A DNA stretch of 64,000 nucleotides from an uncultured Gaiellaceae bacterium (GTDB lineage: Bacteria > Actinomycetota > Thermoleophilia > Gaiellales > Gaiellaceae): the NCBI GenBank assembly GCA_963789355.1, contig CAWBKK010000006.1, positions 14,774-78,773 of the forward strand, read 5' to 3'. The position numbers and the translations under genes were made by a program. A model generated the notes under the pieces. The model made no database searches, had not been told where the DNA came from, and saw nothing but the letters and a program-made list of their open reading frames with translations. The stretch's first letter is position 1. Each line of letters begins with the position of its first letter. Shown here one piece after another: positions 27,865-37,976 of this stretch.

Positions 27865-28817
27865 CAGTCGAGGGTGAAGTAGTCGGGGGACTGATACTGG
27901 CCGGTCTTCTGCTTGCGGATCTGCATCAGCACGTCGTTCAGAAGCGAGGAGGCGCCGAAGCGGAAGAGGTCGGGCGTCATCCACTGCAGTCCGAGCGTCT
28001 CGTGCAGGACGACCAGGTACTGAATCGCCTGCTTCGCCGTCCGGATCCCGCCCGCCGGCTTCATCCCGACGACACGTCCGGTCTCCTCGTGGACGTCGCG
28101 GATCGCCTCGAGCATGCAGAGCGTCACCGGCAGCGTCGCGGCCGGATTGATCTTGCCGGTCGAAGTCTTGATGAAGTCACCGCCGGCGGCCATCGCGAGC
28201 AGCGAGGCACGGCGAACGTTGTCGTAGGTGCCGAGCTCGCCGGTCTCGAGGATCACCTTCAGGTGGGCGCTGCCGCAGGCCTCTTTCACCTTGACGATCT
28301 CGTCGTACACCTTCGCGTAGCGGCCCGAGAGGAAGGCGCCGCGGTCGATCACCATGTCGATCTCGTCGGCGCCGAGCTCGACCGCCTCGCGAACGTCGGC
28401 GAGCTTGACCGAGAGCGGCGACTGGCCGGACGGGAACGCGGTCGCGACCGAGGCGACCTTCACGCCCGAGCCCTCGAGCCGCGCCTTCGCGGTCGGGACG
28501 AGGTTCGGGTAGACGCAAACGGCGGCGACCGGCGGGATCGACGGATCCACCGGGTCCGGGCGCATCGCCTTCGAGCAGAGCGCCGCAACCTTGCCTGGCG
28601 TGTCGGCGCCTTCCAGCGTCGTCAGGTCCATCATCCGGACGGCGAGATCGTAGGCCTGCAGCTTCGAGTCCTTCTTGATCGAGCGCTTCGCGAGCGTCGC
28701 GGCGCGCTCCTCGAGCGCGACGGCGTCGACGGAGCCGATCCGGGGAAGCCTCGGCTCGAGCGGGAGCTCGAACCCGCGCGCCAGAGTCGGCTGGGCTTGT
28801 GCGGGAGCCTGCGCCAT
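27864..28817 (-). CDS. deoC: Deoxyribose-phosphate aldolase
   Basis: Start MAQAPAQ at 28817. VCVYP, DMVIDRG, FIKTSTGK (Schiff-base Lys region), GMKPAGGIRT. Confidence 0.9.
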   Translation of the reverse strand: MAQAPAQAQPTLARGFELPLEPRLPRIGSVDAVALEERAATLAKRSIKKDSKLQAYDLAVRMMDLTTLEGADTPGKVAALCSKAMRPDPVDPSIPPVAAVCVYPNLVPTAKARLEGSGVKVASVATAFPSGQSPLSVKLADVREAVELGADEIDMVIDRGAFLSGRYAKVYDEIVKVKEACGSAHLKVILETGELGTYDNVRRASLLAMAAGGDFIKTSTGKINPAATLPVTLCMLEAIRDVHEETGRVVGMKPAGGIRTAKQAIQYLVVLHETLGLQWMTPDLFRFGASSLLNDVLMQIRKQKTGQYQSPDYFTLD

Positions 28818-28869
28818 CAGCTCAGTGTAGTGGCGCTTAGAACCGCGCCGACGGGGAATCACGGTCCGC

Positions 28870-29763
28870 ATGAAGTGGCGCGGACGCGGTGGCGGAGGAC
28901 GGATCGAGGACCGGCGCGGTGCCGGCGGCGGCCTCGGCGGCGGCGGAATTCCGCTGCCGATGGGCAAGGCCGGCGGCGGGCTCAGCGTGATCGTCCTGAT
29001 CGTGATCTACCTGATCTTCGGCGGGCTGCCGGGCGGCGGCGGTGGCGGGTTCGCGGTCGATCCGGGCACCGGCCAGCTCGACCAGGCACCGGCGCCGAGC
29101 GAGGCCGAGCTCGAGCAGGCGCCGGCGGACGACGCCGGCAAGTTCGTCGACTTCGTCGCCGGCGACGTCGACGCGACCTGGCAGAAGCTCTTCGCCGCCA
29201 GCGACAAGGTCTACGAGCCGCCGATCATCGTCCTCTACGACAACCAGGTCAGCACGGCGTGCGGCAACGCCCCCTCGACGGTGGGCCCGTTCTACTGCCC
29301 GGCCGACCGCAAGGTGTATCTCGACCTGCCGTTCATGGAGGAGCTGCAGCAGCGGCTCGGCGCGAACGGCGACTTCGCGCAGGCGTACATCATCGCCCAC
29401 GAGATCGGCCACCACGTCCAGAACCTGCTCGGCGTCATGGATGACGTCAACCTGGAGCAGCAGGAGAATCCGGACGACGCCAACGACCTCTCGGTCCGGC
29501 TCGAGCTGCAGGCCGACTGCCTCGCCGGAATCTGGGCGCACTCGGCAGTCCGCCAGGAGGAGCTGCTCGAGACGGGAGACCTGGAAGAGGCGCTGACCGC
29601 CGCCGCGGCGGTCGGCGACGACCGGATCCAGAAGCAGGCCGGCGGCGACGTCAACCCGGACACGTTCACGCACGGCAGCGGCGAGCAGCGGGTGAAGTGG
29701 TTCAAGGCCGGCTTCGAGCTGGGCGACCCGACCGCCTGCGACACGTTCAAGGGCGACGTCTAG
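28870..29763 (+). CDS. YpfJ-family neutral zinc metallopeptidase (membrane anchored)
   Basis: 297 aa. Gly-rich N-terminus plus TM. GPFYCPADRKVYLD, HExxH as AHEIGHH, LELQADCLAG. Confidence 0.8.
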   Translation: MKWRGRGGGGRIEDRRGAGGGLGGGGIPLPMGKAGGGLSVIVLIVIYLIFGGLPGGGGGGFAVDPGTGQLDQAPAPSEAELEQAPADDAGKFVDFVAGDVDATWQKLFAASDKVYEPPIIVLYDNQVSTACGNAPSTVGPFYCPADRKVYLDLPFMEELQQRLGANGDFAQAYIIAHEIGHHVQNLLGVMDDVNLEQQENPDDANDLSVRLELQADCLAGIWAHSAVRQEELLETGDLEEALTAAAAVGDDRIQKQAGGDVNPDTFTHGSGEQRVKWFKAGFELGDPTACDTFKGDV

Positions 29764-29855
29764 CGACGCGGCTCGCAGATCGTTGCTGATTCGCTCCGAT
29801 CACGGCACACACGCATGACGATTTCCTCGATAGCGTTTCTGTAGGGACACCGGGG

Positions 29856-30299
29856 GTGCCCCTGGGGCACGTTGGAGGTGAGGTCGTGGTCGAGAGGATC
29901 GAGTACCCCGTTCGCTCGGCAATCGGTGTTCTCGCGCCTCTGCTCGCTGCTGGGGCGCTCGCCACCTTTGTCGTCTGGGAGCGCTCGTTCGAAGCGGACT
30001 GGGCCGCGCCCGTCAGCCTCGTCGGCACGGGCGTCGCCTTCGTCACGTCCGCCTGGGCGATCCTCGTCGCCCCCTCGCGCGCGCTGCAGATAGTCGGTGC
30101 GGCGGCGCTGATCGTCTCCGTTCTCACCGCCGTGCTCTGGTGGTCCGCGATCAGCGGAATTCTGGAGACGACGCTGAGCCTCACGGCTGCGACGCCGGTT
30201 GTGCCGCGGGCTGCGGCGTCCCGCTCGAGTGGATCAGATTGCGCATCTCGCGCACCGCGACCGAGAGCCGCGCGAGATCGAGCGTGCCTCCGGTCCTGA
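29856..30299 (+). CDS. Hypothetical small membrane protein (uncertain)
   Basis: About three predicted TM segments. GGAGGTGAGG lies upstream of an internal GTG. The 3' 119 nt overlap the convergent gdh end, so the true extent is unclear. Confidence 0.3.
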   Translation: MPLGHVGGEVVVERIEYPVRSAIGVLAPLLAAGALATFVVWERSFEADWAAPVSLVGTGVAFVTSAWAILVAPSRALQIVGAAALIVSVLTAVLWWSAISGILETTLSLTAATPVVPRAAASRSSGSDCASRAPRPRAARDRACLRS

Positions 30300-33200
30300 T
30301 GTCGGCCAGCACCTGCAGCGAGCGCTCGACGGCGGCGGCGTTCTCGCGCAGCCAACGCTCCGCCCCCACGCCGGCGCGCAGAACCTCCGCGGTCAGCCCG
30401 GCCTGCTCGGAGTAGACGTCGTCGCGCAGCGCGGCGCGCGCCATCGCCTCCCAGCGCGTCTCCCTCGGCAGGTCGACGATCCGGTCGCGGAGCCAGTGCA
30501 GCTCGAGCCGCGCGCCGAGCGCGAAGTAGATCTCCGCCGCCGCCGCGACCTCGAGCTCGGATGCCGCGGCGATCTCGACGAGCTCGAAGGTCGGCACCAG
30601 CGCCTCGAGGTGCGAGACGCGCTGGGCGAGCCCGGCAGGGACGCCGGCGTCCGCGAGCTTCGCAGCCTTTGCGCGCGCGGCGTCGAGCTCGGAGTGTCCG
30701 AGCAGGGCTGGCAACGCCTCGGCGAGCGCCGCCGCGCCGGGGGCGTAGCGAGCGACCGTTGCCGCGATGTCGAGCGGCCGGCGCCGGTTGCGCAGCAGCC
30801 ACCTCGTCGCCCGCTCGAGCAGGATGCGCGCCCGGAGCAGCATCGCGATCTGCGTCTCAGCGGGCACCTGCCCGTCGAGCGACTCGATCTCACCCCACAG
30901 GTCGCGCAGGTCGAACGCCTCGCGCGCAGCCGTGTAGGCACGCGCGATGTCGTCGGCGCCGGCGCCCGTCTCGTCGGCGAGCCGGAAGGAGAAGGTGGTG
31001 CCGGCGCGGTTGACGAGGTCGTTGACGACGCGTGAGGCGATGATCTCCCGGCGCAGCGGGTGACGCTGCAGCTGCGCTCCGAACTCCTCGCGCAGCCGAG
31101 TCGGGAAGTAGCGCTCGAGCTCGCTCGACAGATACGGATCCTCCGGTAGGTCGGAGGCGAGCAGCTCCTGCGCGAGCGCGATCTTCGTGTGCGAGAGCAG
31201 CGTCGCGAACTCGGGCGCGGTCAGCCCGCCGCCCGCCGCCTCGCGCTCGTCGAAGCCTTCGACGGTCGGGAGGCATTCGAGCTCGCGGTTGAGCGTCCCC
31301 GCCTGCTCGAGGCTGCGGACGTACCGCTCGTGCACCTCGACCATCGACCCAGCCTGCGCCGCCGAGGTCGAGATCGCCTGCGTTTGCTCGTAGTTGTCGC
31401 GGAGGACGAGCGCGGCCACCTCGTCTCCCATCTCGGCCAGGATCGCGTTCCTCTGCTTCCCGGTCAGATCGCCGTCGCCGACGATGATGTCGAGCAGGAT
31501 CTTGATGTTGACCTCGTGGTCGGAGCAGTCGACGCCGGCCGAGTTGTCGATCGCATCCATGTAGATCTTCCCGCCGGCCCGCGCGAACGCAACGCGTGCA
31601 CGCTGGGTGAAGCCGAGGTTCCCGCCCTCGCCGACGACACGGCAGCGCAGCTCCTCCGCGTCCGCACGGACGGCGTCGTTCGCGCGGTCGCCGACCTCGG
31701 CGTGCCGTTCCTCCCGCGCCTTGACGTAGGTGCCGATCCCGCCGTTCCAGAGCAGGTCGACCGGAGCGGTGAGCAGCGCGTGGATCAGCTCGTTCGGCGT
31801 CAGCGCCTCGGCGTCGACGGCGAGCGCCGCCCGCACCTCGGTGGAGAGCGGGATCGACTTCGACGTGCGTGGGAAGACGCCACCGCCAGGCGAGATCAGC
31901 GCCTCGTCGTAGTCCGCCCACGACGAGCTCGGCAGCCCGAAGAGCCGCTCGCGCTCGGCGAAGCTCTTGGCCGCGTCCGGGTTCGGATCGAGGAAGACGT
32001 GCCGGTGGTCGAACGCGCCGAGCAGCCGGATGTGCCGGGAGAGGAGCACGCCGTTGCCGAAGACGTCACCGGACATGTCGCCGATCCCGGCGACGGTGAC
32101 GTCGGTCGTCTCGATGTCCGTTCCCAGCTCCCGGAAGTGCCGCTTGACCGATTCCCACGCCCCCCGCGCAGTGATCCCCATCTGCTTGTGGTCGTAGCCG
32201 GCCGACCCGCCCGAGGCGAAGGCGTCGCCGAGCCAATAGTCGTACTCGACCGAGACCGCGTTCGCGATGTCCGAGAAGGTTGCGGTGCCCTTGTCGGCGG
32301 CCACGACGAGGTAGGGATCGTCCTCGTCGTGGCGCACGACGTCGGCCGGAGGCACCACCCGGCCGGCGGCGATCGAGTCGGTCACGTCGAGCAGCCCGCG
32401 CATGAACGTCCGGTAGCACTCGACGACCTCCTCGAGTAGCGCGACGCGGTCGCCCGCTGCCGGGGGCCGCTTGACGACGAAGCCGCCCTTGGCGCCGACC
32501 GGGACGATGACCGCGTTCTTGACCGTCTGCGCCTTCATCAGCCCGAGCACCTCGGTCCGGAAGTCCTCGCGGCGGTCGGACCAGCGGATCCCGCCGCGGG
32601 CGACCTTGCCGCCGCGAAGATGAACGGCCTCGACGCGGGGCGAGTAGACGAAGACCTCGAACATCGGCCGCGGCTCGGGCAGGTCGGGGACGAGGTCCGG
32701 ATCGAGCTTCAGCGAGAGATAGGCCTTCGCCTGCCCGCCGGCGTCGGTCTGGAAGTAGTTCGTCCGCAACACCGCCCGCACGACGCGGAGGAACCCGCGC
32801 AGGATCCGGTCCTCATCGAGGCTCTCGACGGCGTCGATCGCGCTCTCGAGCTCACGCTCGAGCGTTCGCGCGTTCGACTCTGCACGATCGCTTGAGGCCG
32901 CGTCGTGGCCGCGAAGGCGGCCGCCTTCAGGGATCTTCGCAGGGTCGGAATCCGCTTCCGCGGATTCCGACCCTGCGCCAACAAGAACCGGGTCGAGGCG
33001 GAGCCGGAACAGCTCCACGATCCCCCGCGCGATCTCGGAGTGGGCGAAGAGCGCGTCCTCCATGTAGGTCTGGCTGAACGTGCTCCCGGCCTGGCGGAGG
33101 TACTTCGCGATCGCCCGCAGGATCGTGATCTCGCGCGCGGTCAGCCTGGCGGAGAGAACGAGCCGGTTGAAACCGTCGTTCTCGGCCTCCCCGCGCCAGG

Positions 33201-35175
33201 TGCGCGCGAACGCATCCTGGAACGTCTCGCGGACATCATCGGCGTGGAGCTCCGCGGCCCCGTCGTGGCGGAGCCCGAAGTCGTAGATCCAGACCGAGGG
33301 GCCGCCGGGAGGCTTGACCTCGTACGGCCGCTCGTCGCTGACCCGGACTCCCATGTTCTCGAGCAGCGGCAGGACGTCGGAGAGCAGGATCGGCCTGCCC
33401 GAGCGGACGAGCTTGAAGGCGAGGTGGTCCAGCGTCGACTCGAGCGGGACGTACAGGCTCATCCCGAGGTCGCCGTCCGTGTCGAGCCGCTCGATCCGCT
33501 CGATGTCGTGCACGGCCTGGCGGGCGGTGAAGTCCTCGCGGTAGGCACCGGGGAACGCCTCGCCGAAGCGCTCGAAGAGCGGGCCCGCACGCGCCTCGCC
33601 GAGCTGCTCCGAGAGTGCGTCGCGAAGATCGTCCGTCCACGCCCGCGTCGCCGCGGCGAGCCGGGCCTCGATCTCGGCGATGTCGAAATCGGGTGCGGCG
33701 CCCTGCTCGGTGTAGACGACGACGTGGAGCCGCGCGAGCACCGAGTCGGACACTCGCGTCGTGTAGTCGATGCTCGTGCCGGAGAGCGCCCGCTGGAGGA
33801 TCTCTTGGATGCGCTGCCTGTTCCGCGTGTCGAAGCGCTCGCGGGGCAGATAGACGAGGCACGAGAGGAAACGGCCGAAGGCGTCCCGGCGGACGAAGAG
33901 CCGCACGCGTCGGCGCTCGCCCAGATGGAGGATCCCGAGCGCCGTCTCGACCAGCTCGTCCTCCGAGATCTGGAAGAGCTCGTCGCGCGGGTACGTCTCG
34001 AGGATCTCCACGAGCGCCTTGTGGTCGTGGCTGCCCAGCGGCAGCCCCGAGCGCTCGACGACGCGCTGGGCCTTGCGGCGCAGGACGGGGATCTCCGACG
34101 GGCTGGCGCTGTACGCGGTGTGGGTGTAGAGGCCGAGGAAGCGCCACTCGCCCACGACCTCGCCGTCGGCGTCGAAGCGCTTGACGCCGACGTAGTCCAG
34201 GTACGCGGGCCGGTGCACCGTCGCCCGCGAGTTCGCCTTCGTCAAGGTGAGCAGGCTCTTCTCGCGCGCGAGCCGACGCACTTCCGGCGGGAGCTGCGCG
34301 AAGCTGACGGAGATCGTCCGTTCGTCTCCGGCCCGGAGGATTCCCAGCCCCGAGCCGGGCGCCGCCCGCAGAACCTCCTCCCCGTCCTCCGTGAGGATGT
34401 CGTACTCCCGGTAGCCGAGGAACGTGAAGTGGTCGTCGTGCATCCACGCCAGCAGGTCGCGAGCCTCTGCGAGCTCGTCCGGCTCGACCGCGGGCGGTGA
34501 CTCGGCGAGCGCGGCGAGCACGCCGTGAACGCGCTCGCGCATCGTCGGCCAGTCTTCGACGGCGGCGCGCACGTCGCCGAGCACACGGGCGAGGCCGGCC
34601 CGCAGCTGCTCCAGCTCCTCGTCACCCGCCTGACGGTCGATCTCCACGTGGATCAGCGACTCCGGCAACCCGTCCTCGGCACCGACGTCGAGCAGCCGTC
34701 CCGCCTCGTCGCGGCGGATGCGCATGATCGGCCGGATCACGAGATGGATCGCGCTCCCGTTCCGCGTCACCTCCATCGAGACCGAGTCGACGAGGAAGGG
34801 CATGTCGTCGACGACCGTCTCGACGACGGTGTGCGGCGACTCCCACCCGTGCTCTTCGACACTCGGCGTGTAGACGTGCACCTTCGACTCACCCGGTTGC
34901 CGCACGCGCGCGAGGTTCCAGTGGGCAACCGCGGCTCCGTAGAGGTCGAGGTCGCTCCGGTCGTTCAGGTCGTCGGGGGCGACGTGCGCGTAGTACGCGC
35001 GCACGAACCGCTCGACGGCGCCGGCCTCGGAGGGCTCGACGCGCTCTTGGACGCGCGCGACCGTCGCCTCGAGCAGCGCCGCCTTCCTCTGATCCGGGCT
35101 CGTTGCCAGTCGCAGACCTCGTCTCGCGTTGCAACTCCGAGTATGGACTAGCGGCGGCGGGCACCAAGGTTTCAC
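30181..35175 (-). CDS. gdh: Large NAD-specific glutamate dehydrogenase (about 180 kDa class)
   Basis: About 1660 aa. Blocks FEVFVYSPRVEAVHLRGGKVARGGIRWSDRREDFRTEVLGLMKAQTVKNAVIVPVGAKGGF and GIGDMSGDVFGNG. Start is uncertain: GTG 35175 is preferred, because the listed TTG 35262 would overlap the divergent lipoprotein start. Confidence 0.9.
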   Translation of the reverse strand: MKPWCPPPLVHTRSCNARRGLRLATSPDQRKAALLEATVARVQERVEPSEAGAVERFVRAYYAHVAPDDLNDRSDLDLYGAAVAHWNLARVRQPGESKVHVYTPSVEEHGWESPHTVVETVVDDMPFLVDSVSMEVTRNGSAIHLVIRPIMRIRRDEAGRLLDVGAEDGLPESLIHVEIDRQAGDEELEQLRAGLARVLGDVRAAVEDWPTMRERVHGVLAALAESPPAVEPDELAEARDLLAWMHDDHFTFLGYREYDILTEDGEEVLRAAPGSGLGILRAGDERTISVSFAQLPPEVRRLAREKSLLTLTKANSRATVHRPAYLDYVGVKRFDADGEVVGEWRFLGLYTHTAYSASPSEIPVLRRKAQRVVERSGLPLGSHDHKALVEILETYPRDELFQISEDELVETALGILHLGERRRVRLFVRRDAFGRFLSCLVYLPRERFDTRNRQRIQEILQRALSGTSIDYTTRVSDSVLARLHVVVYTEQGAAPDFDIAEIEARLAAATRAWTDDLRDALSEQLGEARAGPLFERFGEAFPGAYREDFTARQAVHDIERIERLDTDGDLGMSLYVPLESTLDHLAFKLVRSGRPILLSDVLPLLENMGVRVSDERPYEVKPPGGPSVWIYDFGLRHDGAAELHADDVRETFQDAFARTWRGEAENDGFNRLVLSARLTAREITILRAIAKYLRQAGSTFSQTYMEDALFAHSEIARGIVELFRLRLDPVLVGAGSESAEADSDPAKIPEGGRLRGHDAASSDRAESNARTLERELESAIDAVESLDEDRILRGFLRVVRAVLRTNYFQTDAGGQAKAYLSLKLDPDLVPDLPEPRPMFEVFVYSPRVEAVHLRGGKVARGGIRWSDRREDFRTEVLGLMKAQTVKNAVIVPVGAKGGFVVKRPPAAGDRVALLEEVVECYRTFMRGLLDVTDSIAAGRVVPPADVVRHDEDDPYLVVAADKGTATFSDIANAVSVEYDYWLGDAFASGGSAGYDHKQMGITARGAWESVKRHFRELGTDIETTDVTVAGIGDMSGDVFGNGVLLSRHIRLLGAFDHRHVFLDPNPDAAKSFAERERLFGLPSSSWADYDEALISPGGGVFPRTSKSIPLSTEVRAALAVDAEALTPNELIHALLTAPVDLLWNGGIGTYVKAREERHAEVGDRANDAVRADAEELRCRVVGEGGNLGFTQRARVAFARAGGKIYMDAIDNSAGVDCSDHEVNIKILLDIIVGDGDLTGKQRNAILAEMGDEVAALVLRDNYEQTQAISTSAAQAGSMVEVHERYVRSLEQAGTLNRELECLPTVEGFDEREAAGGGLTAPEFATLLSHTKIALAQELLASDLPEDPYLSSELERYFPTRLREEFGAQLQRHPLRREIIASRVVNDLVNRAGTTFSFRLADETGAGADDIARAYTAAREAFDLRDLWGEIESLDGQVPAETQIAMLLRARILLERATRWLLRNRRRPLDIAATVARYAPGAAALAEALPALLGHSELDAARAKAAKLADAGVPAGLAQRVSHLEALVPTFELVEIAAASELEVAAAAEIYFALGARLELHWLRDRIVDLPRETRWEAMARAALRDDVYSEQAGLTAEVLRAGVGAERWLRENAAAVERSLQVLADIRTGGTLDLARLSVAVREMRNLIHSSGTPQPAAQPASQP

Positions 35176-35255
35176 CGGACTCTCATCTGTCCGCCGTACA
35201 ACTCCGGCGGAGACGGGCGACCGAGCCCGCAAATCGACCTTTGGAGGAGCCTCAC

Positions 35256-36038
35256 GTGGCAATCGGCAGGAACCGGATCGCCGCCGCCCTCGGCGTGCTC
35301 GGCGCGGCGTTCGCCTTCGCGGCCTGCGGCGGCAGCGACAGTGCCGGCGAGACGAACGCCGACGCCGATGCGGCGACGAGCACGCTTCCGCAGGGGAGCG
35401 AGCCTGTCGAGCTCGACCCGAAGGACTTCTCGATCGAGATCGACAACCCCTACTGGCCGATGAAGCCAGGGAACACGTGGGTCTTCCGCGCGACCGACCC
35501 CAGAGGCGGTCTGGAGAGGATCGTCGTCGAGGTCACCGACGAGACGAAGATGATCGCCAACGGGATCGAGGCGCGGGTGATCCGCGACACGGTCAGCGAG
35601 GACGGCGTGCCCGTCGAGATCACCGACGACTGGTACGCGCAGGACGCGAGCGGGAACATCTGGTACCTGGGCGAGTACGTCACGAACTACGAGGACGGGA
35701 AGGTCGCCGACCACAAAGGCTCCTTCGAGGCCGGCGTCGACGGCGCCCTCGCCGGCGTCGCGATGCCCGCGAACCCCGTGCCGGGGCTGACCTATCGCCA
35801 GGAGTACTTCAAAGGCGAGGCAGAGGACAAGGCTGGAGTGATCACGGTCGGCCAGGAGCACGTTCAGGTCCCGTTCGGCTATTTCAAGGACGACGTCCTG
35901 ATGACGCGCGACCTGGTCCCGACCGAGCCTCAGGTGCAAGAGCTGAAGTTCTACGCTCCCGGTGTCGGGCCGGTGCTCAGCATCCACACCGACCTGGACG
36001 GCGGCAGAGCCGAGCTCGTCAGCTTCACGTCCGGCTAG
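35256..36038 (+). CDS. Hypothetical lipoprotein
   Basis: GTG 35256 with GGAGGAG RBS. Lipobox AFAACGG. No recognised domain. Confidence 0.6.
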   Translation: MAIGRNRIAAALGVLGAAFAFAACGGSDSAGETNADADAATSTLPQGSEPVELDPKDFSIEIDNPYWPMKPGNTWVFRATDPRGGLERIVVEVTDETKMIANGIEARVIRDTVSEDGVPVEITDDWYAQDASGNIWYLGEYVTNYEDGKVADHKGSFEAGVDGALAGVAMPANPVPGLTYRQEYFKGEAEDKAGVITVGQEHVQVPFGYFKDDVLMTRDLVPTEPQVQELKFYAPGVGPVLSIHTDLDGGRAELVSFTSG

Positions 36039-36895
36039 AGCCCGAGCCGGTCGAGCTGGCTCTCGTCGCGGCGCCAGCGAGCACGCACCTTCACCTTCAG
36101 CTCGAGAAAGATCCGGTGGCCGAGCAGCTTCTCGATCTCCGGTCGCGCCCGTGTGCCGATCTCGCGGATCATCGAGCCCTTCTTGCCGACCAGGATCTGC
36201 TTCTGCGACTCGGTCTCGACGAGCAGGAACGCGCGCAGGAGCTTGTCGTCGAGCTCGTCGATCTCGACCGAGATCGAATGCGGAACCTCGTCGCGGGTCA
36301 GCTGCAGCGCCTTCTCCCGGATCAGCTCCGAGATCCGCTCCTCGCTCGTCTGGTCGGTCGCCGATGCGCGCTCGAAGAACGGCTGGCCCTCCGGGAGCAG
36401 GTGGAGCAGGTCGCCGCGGAGCTCGTCGATCCCGTCCTTCGTCACCGCGCTGACCGGATGGAGCGCGTGGAAGTCGCCGAGCGCCGCCGCCGCCTTCATC
36501 CCGGTGATGATGTGGCCCGGCGTCAGGTTGTCGACCTTGTTCAGCGCCACGATCACGGGAATCCCGAGCGAGTAGACGCGCCGGGCGATGAAGCGGTCGC
36601 CGGCGCCGATCCGGTCGCGCGCGGACAGGACGAAGAGGACGACGTCGATGTCCTCGAACGAGCTGTCGACCGTCGCCTGCATCCGCTTCGTCAACTTGTC
36701 CATCGGCCGCTGGAAACCGGGGAGATCGGCGAGCACGAGCTGGTAGTCCTCGCCGTTGGCGACGCCGTAGATCCGCCGCCTCGTGGTGTTCGGCACCGGA
36801 GAGGTGATCGCGATCTTCTCGCCGACGAGGGCGTTGACGAGCGTCGACTTGCCGACGTTCGGCCGCCCTGCGACCGCGACGAAGCCCGCCTTCAC
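36035..36895 (-). CDS. era: GTPase Era
   Basis: GTG start VKAGFVAVAGRPNVGKSTL (G1), DLPG (G3), NKVD (G4), and a C-terminal KH domain. The longer listed ORF is an out-of-frame extension through cdd. Confidence 0.95.
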   Translation of the reverse strand: MKAGFVAVAGRPNVGKSTLVNALVGEKIAITSPVPNTTRRRIYGVANGEDYQLVLADLPGFQRPMDKLTKRMQATVDSSFEDIDVVLFVLSARDRIGAGDRFIARRVYSLGIPVIVALNKVDNLTPGHIITGMKAAAALGDFHALHPVSAVTKDGIDELRGDLLHLLPEGQPFFERASATDQTSEERISELIREKALQLTRDEVPHSISVEIDELDDKLLRAFLLVETESQKQILVGKKGSMIREIGTRARPEIEKLLGHRIFLELKVKVRARWRRDESQLDRLGL

Positions 36896-37260
36896 GAGTC
36901 GGGGAAGTCCCAGGTCTCCGGCAGGAGCTCGCTCGCCGCGTATGTCGCGACCGTGCCGTCCGCGCGGAGGAAGCTGACCTCCGGGACCCGGAACTCGGCG
37001 AGCCACTGCCGGCAGCCCCCGCACGGCGATGCGTTGATCCCGATCGCGGCGATCCGCCCCGGCCCGTAGCCGGCGACAACCGCGGCGACCAGCGCGCTCT
37101 TCTCCGCGCAGACCCCGAGCGGATAGGCGGCGTTCTCGACGTTGACGCCCTCGAACTCGCGGCCGTCGTCCGTCCGCACGACGGCGCCGACGTTGTAGTT
37201 CGAGTACGGGGCGTATGCCCGCGGGGCGATCGCCTCCGCCTTCTCCACGAGGTCGCTCAC
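36892..37260 (-). CDS. cdd: Cytidine deaminase
   Basis: 122 aa. CAEKSA and PCGGCRQ zinc-ligand motifs. GTGA overlaps on both sides. Confidence 0.9.
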   Translation of the reverse strand: MSDLVEKAEAIAPRAYAPYSNYNVGAVVRTDDGREFEGVNVENAAYPLGVCAEKSALVAAVVAGYGPGRIAAIGINASPCGGCRQWLAEFRVPEVSFLRADGTVATYAASELLPETWDFPDS

Positions 37261-37976
37261 TGGGCCACCTGAAAGACCGCGAGTGCGACGAGCGCGCCGA
37301 GGAGGCCGCCGTAGAGGACCTCGGAGGAGGAGTGGACGCCGGATTCGACACGGGTCTGCGCCACGAGCAAGGCCATGATGAAGGTCAGCGACGAGATCAG
37401 GAAGCGGTGGTCGACGTCGTCGAGGATCAGTGTCACGGCCATCCAGCCCGCGAAGGCAACGGCGGCGTGGCCGGAGGGAAGGCCGCCCCGGAGCGGCGTA
37501 CCGCTGCCCGTGAGCGCTTTCGTCGCGATCACGACGATCGTCGTCAGCACCAGTGCGATCAGCGTCAGCTCGGCGGGGACGGTGGAGAGCCGGTCGAGCA
37601 GCCGCGAGCTGCGGTCGGCGACGGAGCCGGAGAAGACGAGGTAGCCGACGGCGACGGCGACCGCCGTCGCGATCAGAACCGCCCCGGCGGCGATGTCCTT
37701 TGCGAGCTTCGCCATCGGGTCGAAGGACGTCGTGGCGACGTCGATCGCCGCCTCGACCGCCGTGTTCAGCATCTCGGCGATCAGGACGAAGGCGATCGCG
37801 AGCAGGAGCGCGATCAGCTCGAGCTTGTCGACTCCGGACACGAGGGCGGCAATCAGGACGAGGACGGCGACGCCGAAGTGGATCCGCATGTTCCGTTGCG
37901 TCCGGAGCACGTGGATGATCCCTTCGAAGGCGAAGTTGAACGACTCGATGATCGAAGGGGGCCTTCTCGCCTTCAC
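37257..37976 (-). CDS. dgkA: Fusion of DgkA-type lipid kinase and PAP2-family phosphatase
   Basis: N-half has EMLNTAVEAAIDV and AKDIAAGAVL (DgkA). C-half has PSGH and TRVESGVHSSSEV (PAP2 motifs C2/C3). GTG start at 37976. Confidence 0.8.
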   Translation of the reverse strand: MKARRPPSIIESFNFAFEGIIHVLRTQRNMRIHFGVAVLVLIAALVSGVDKLELIALLLAIAFVLIAEMLNTAVEAAIDVATTSFDPMAKLAKDIAAGAVLIATAVAVAVGYLVFSGSVADRSSRLLDRLSTVPAELTLIALVLTTIVVIATKALTGSGTPLRGGLPSGHAAVAFAGWMAVTLILDDVDHRFLISSLTFIMALLVAQTRVESGVHSSSEVLYGGLLGALVALAVFQVAQ

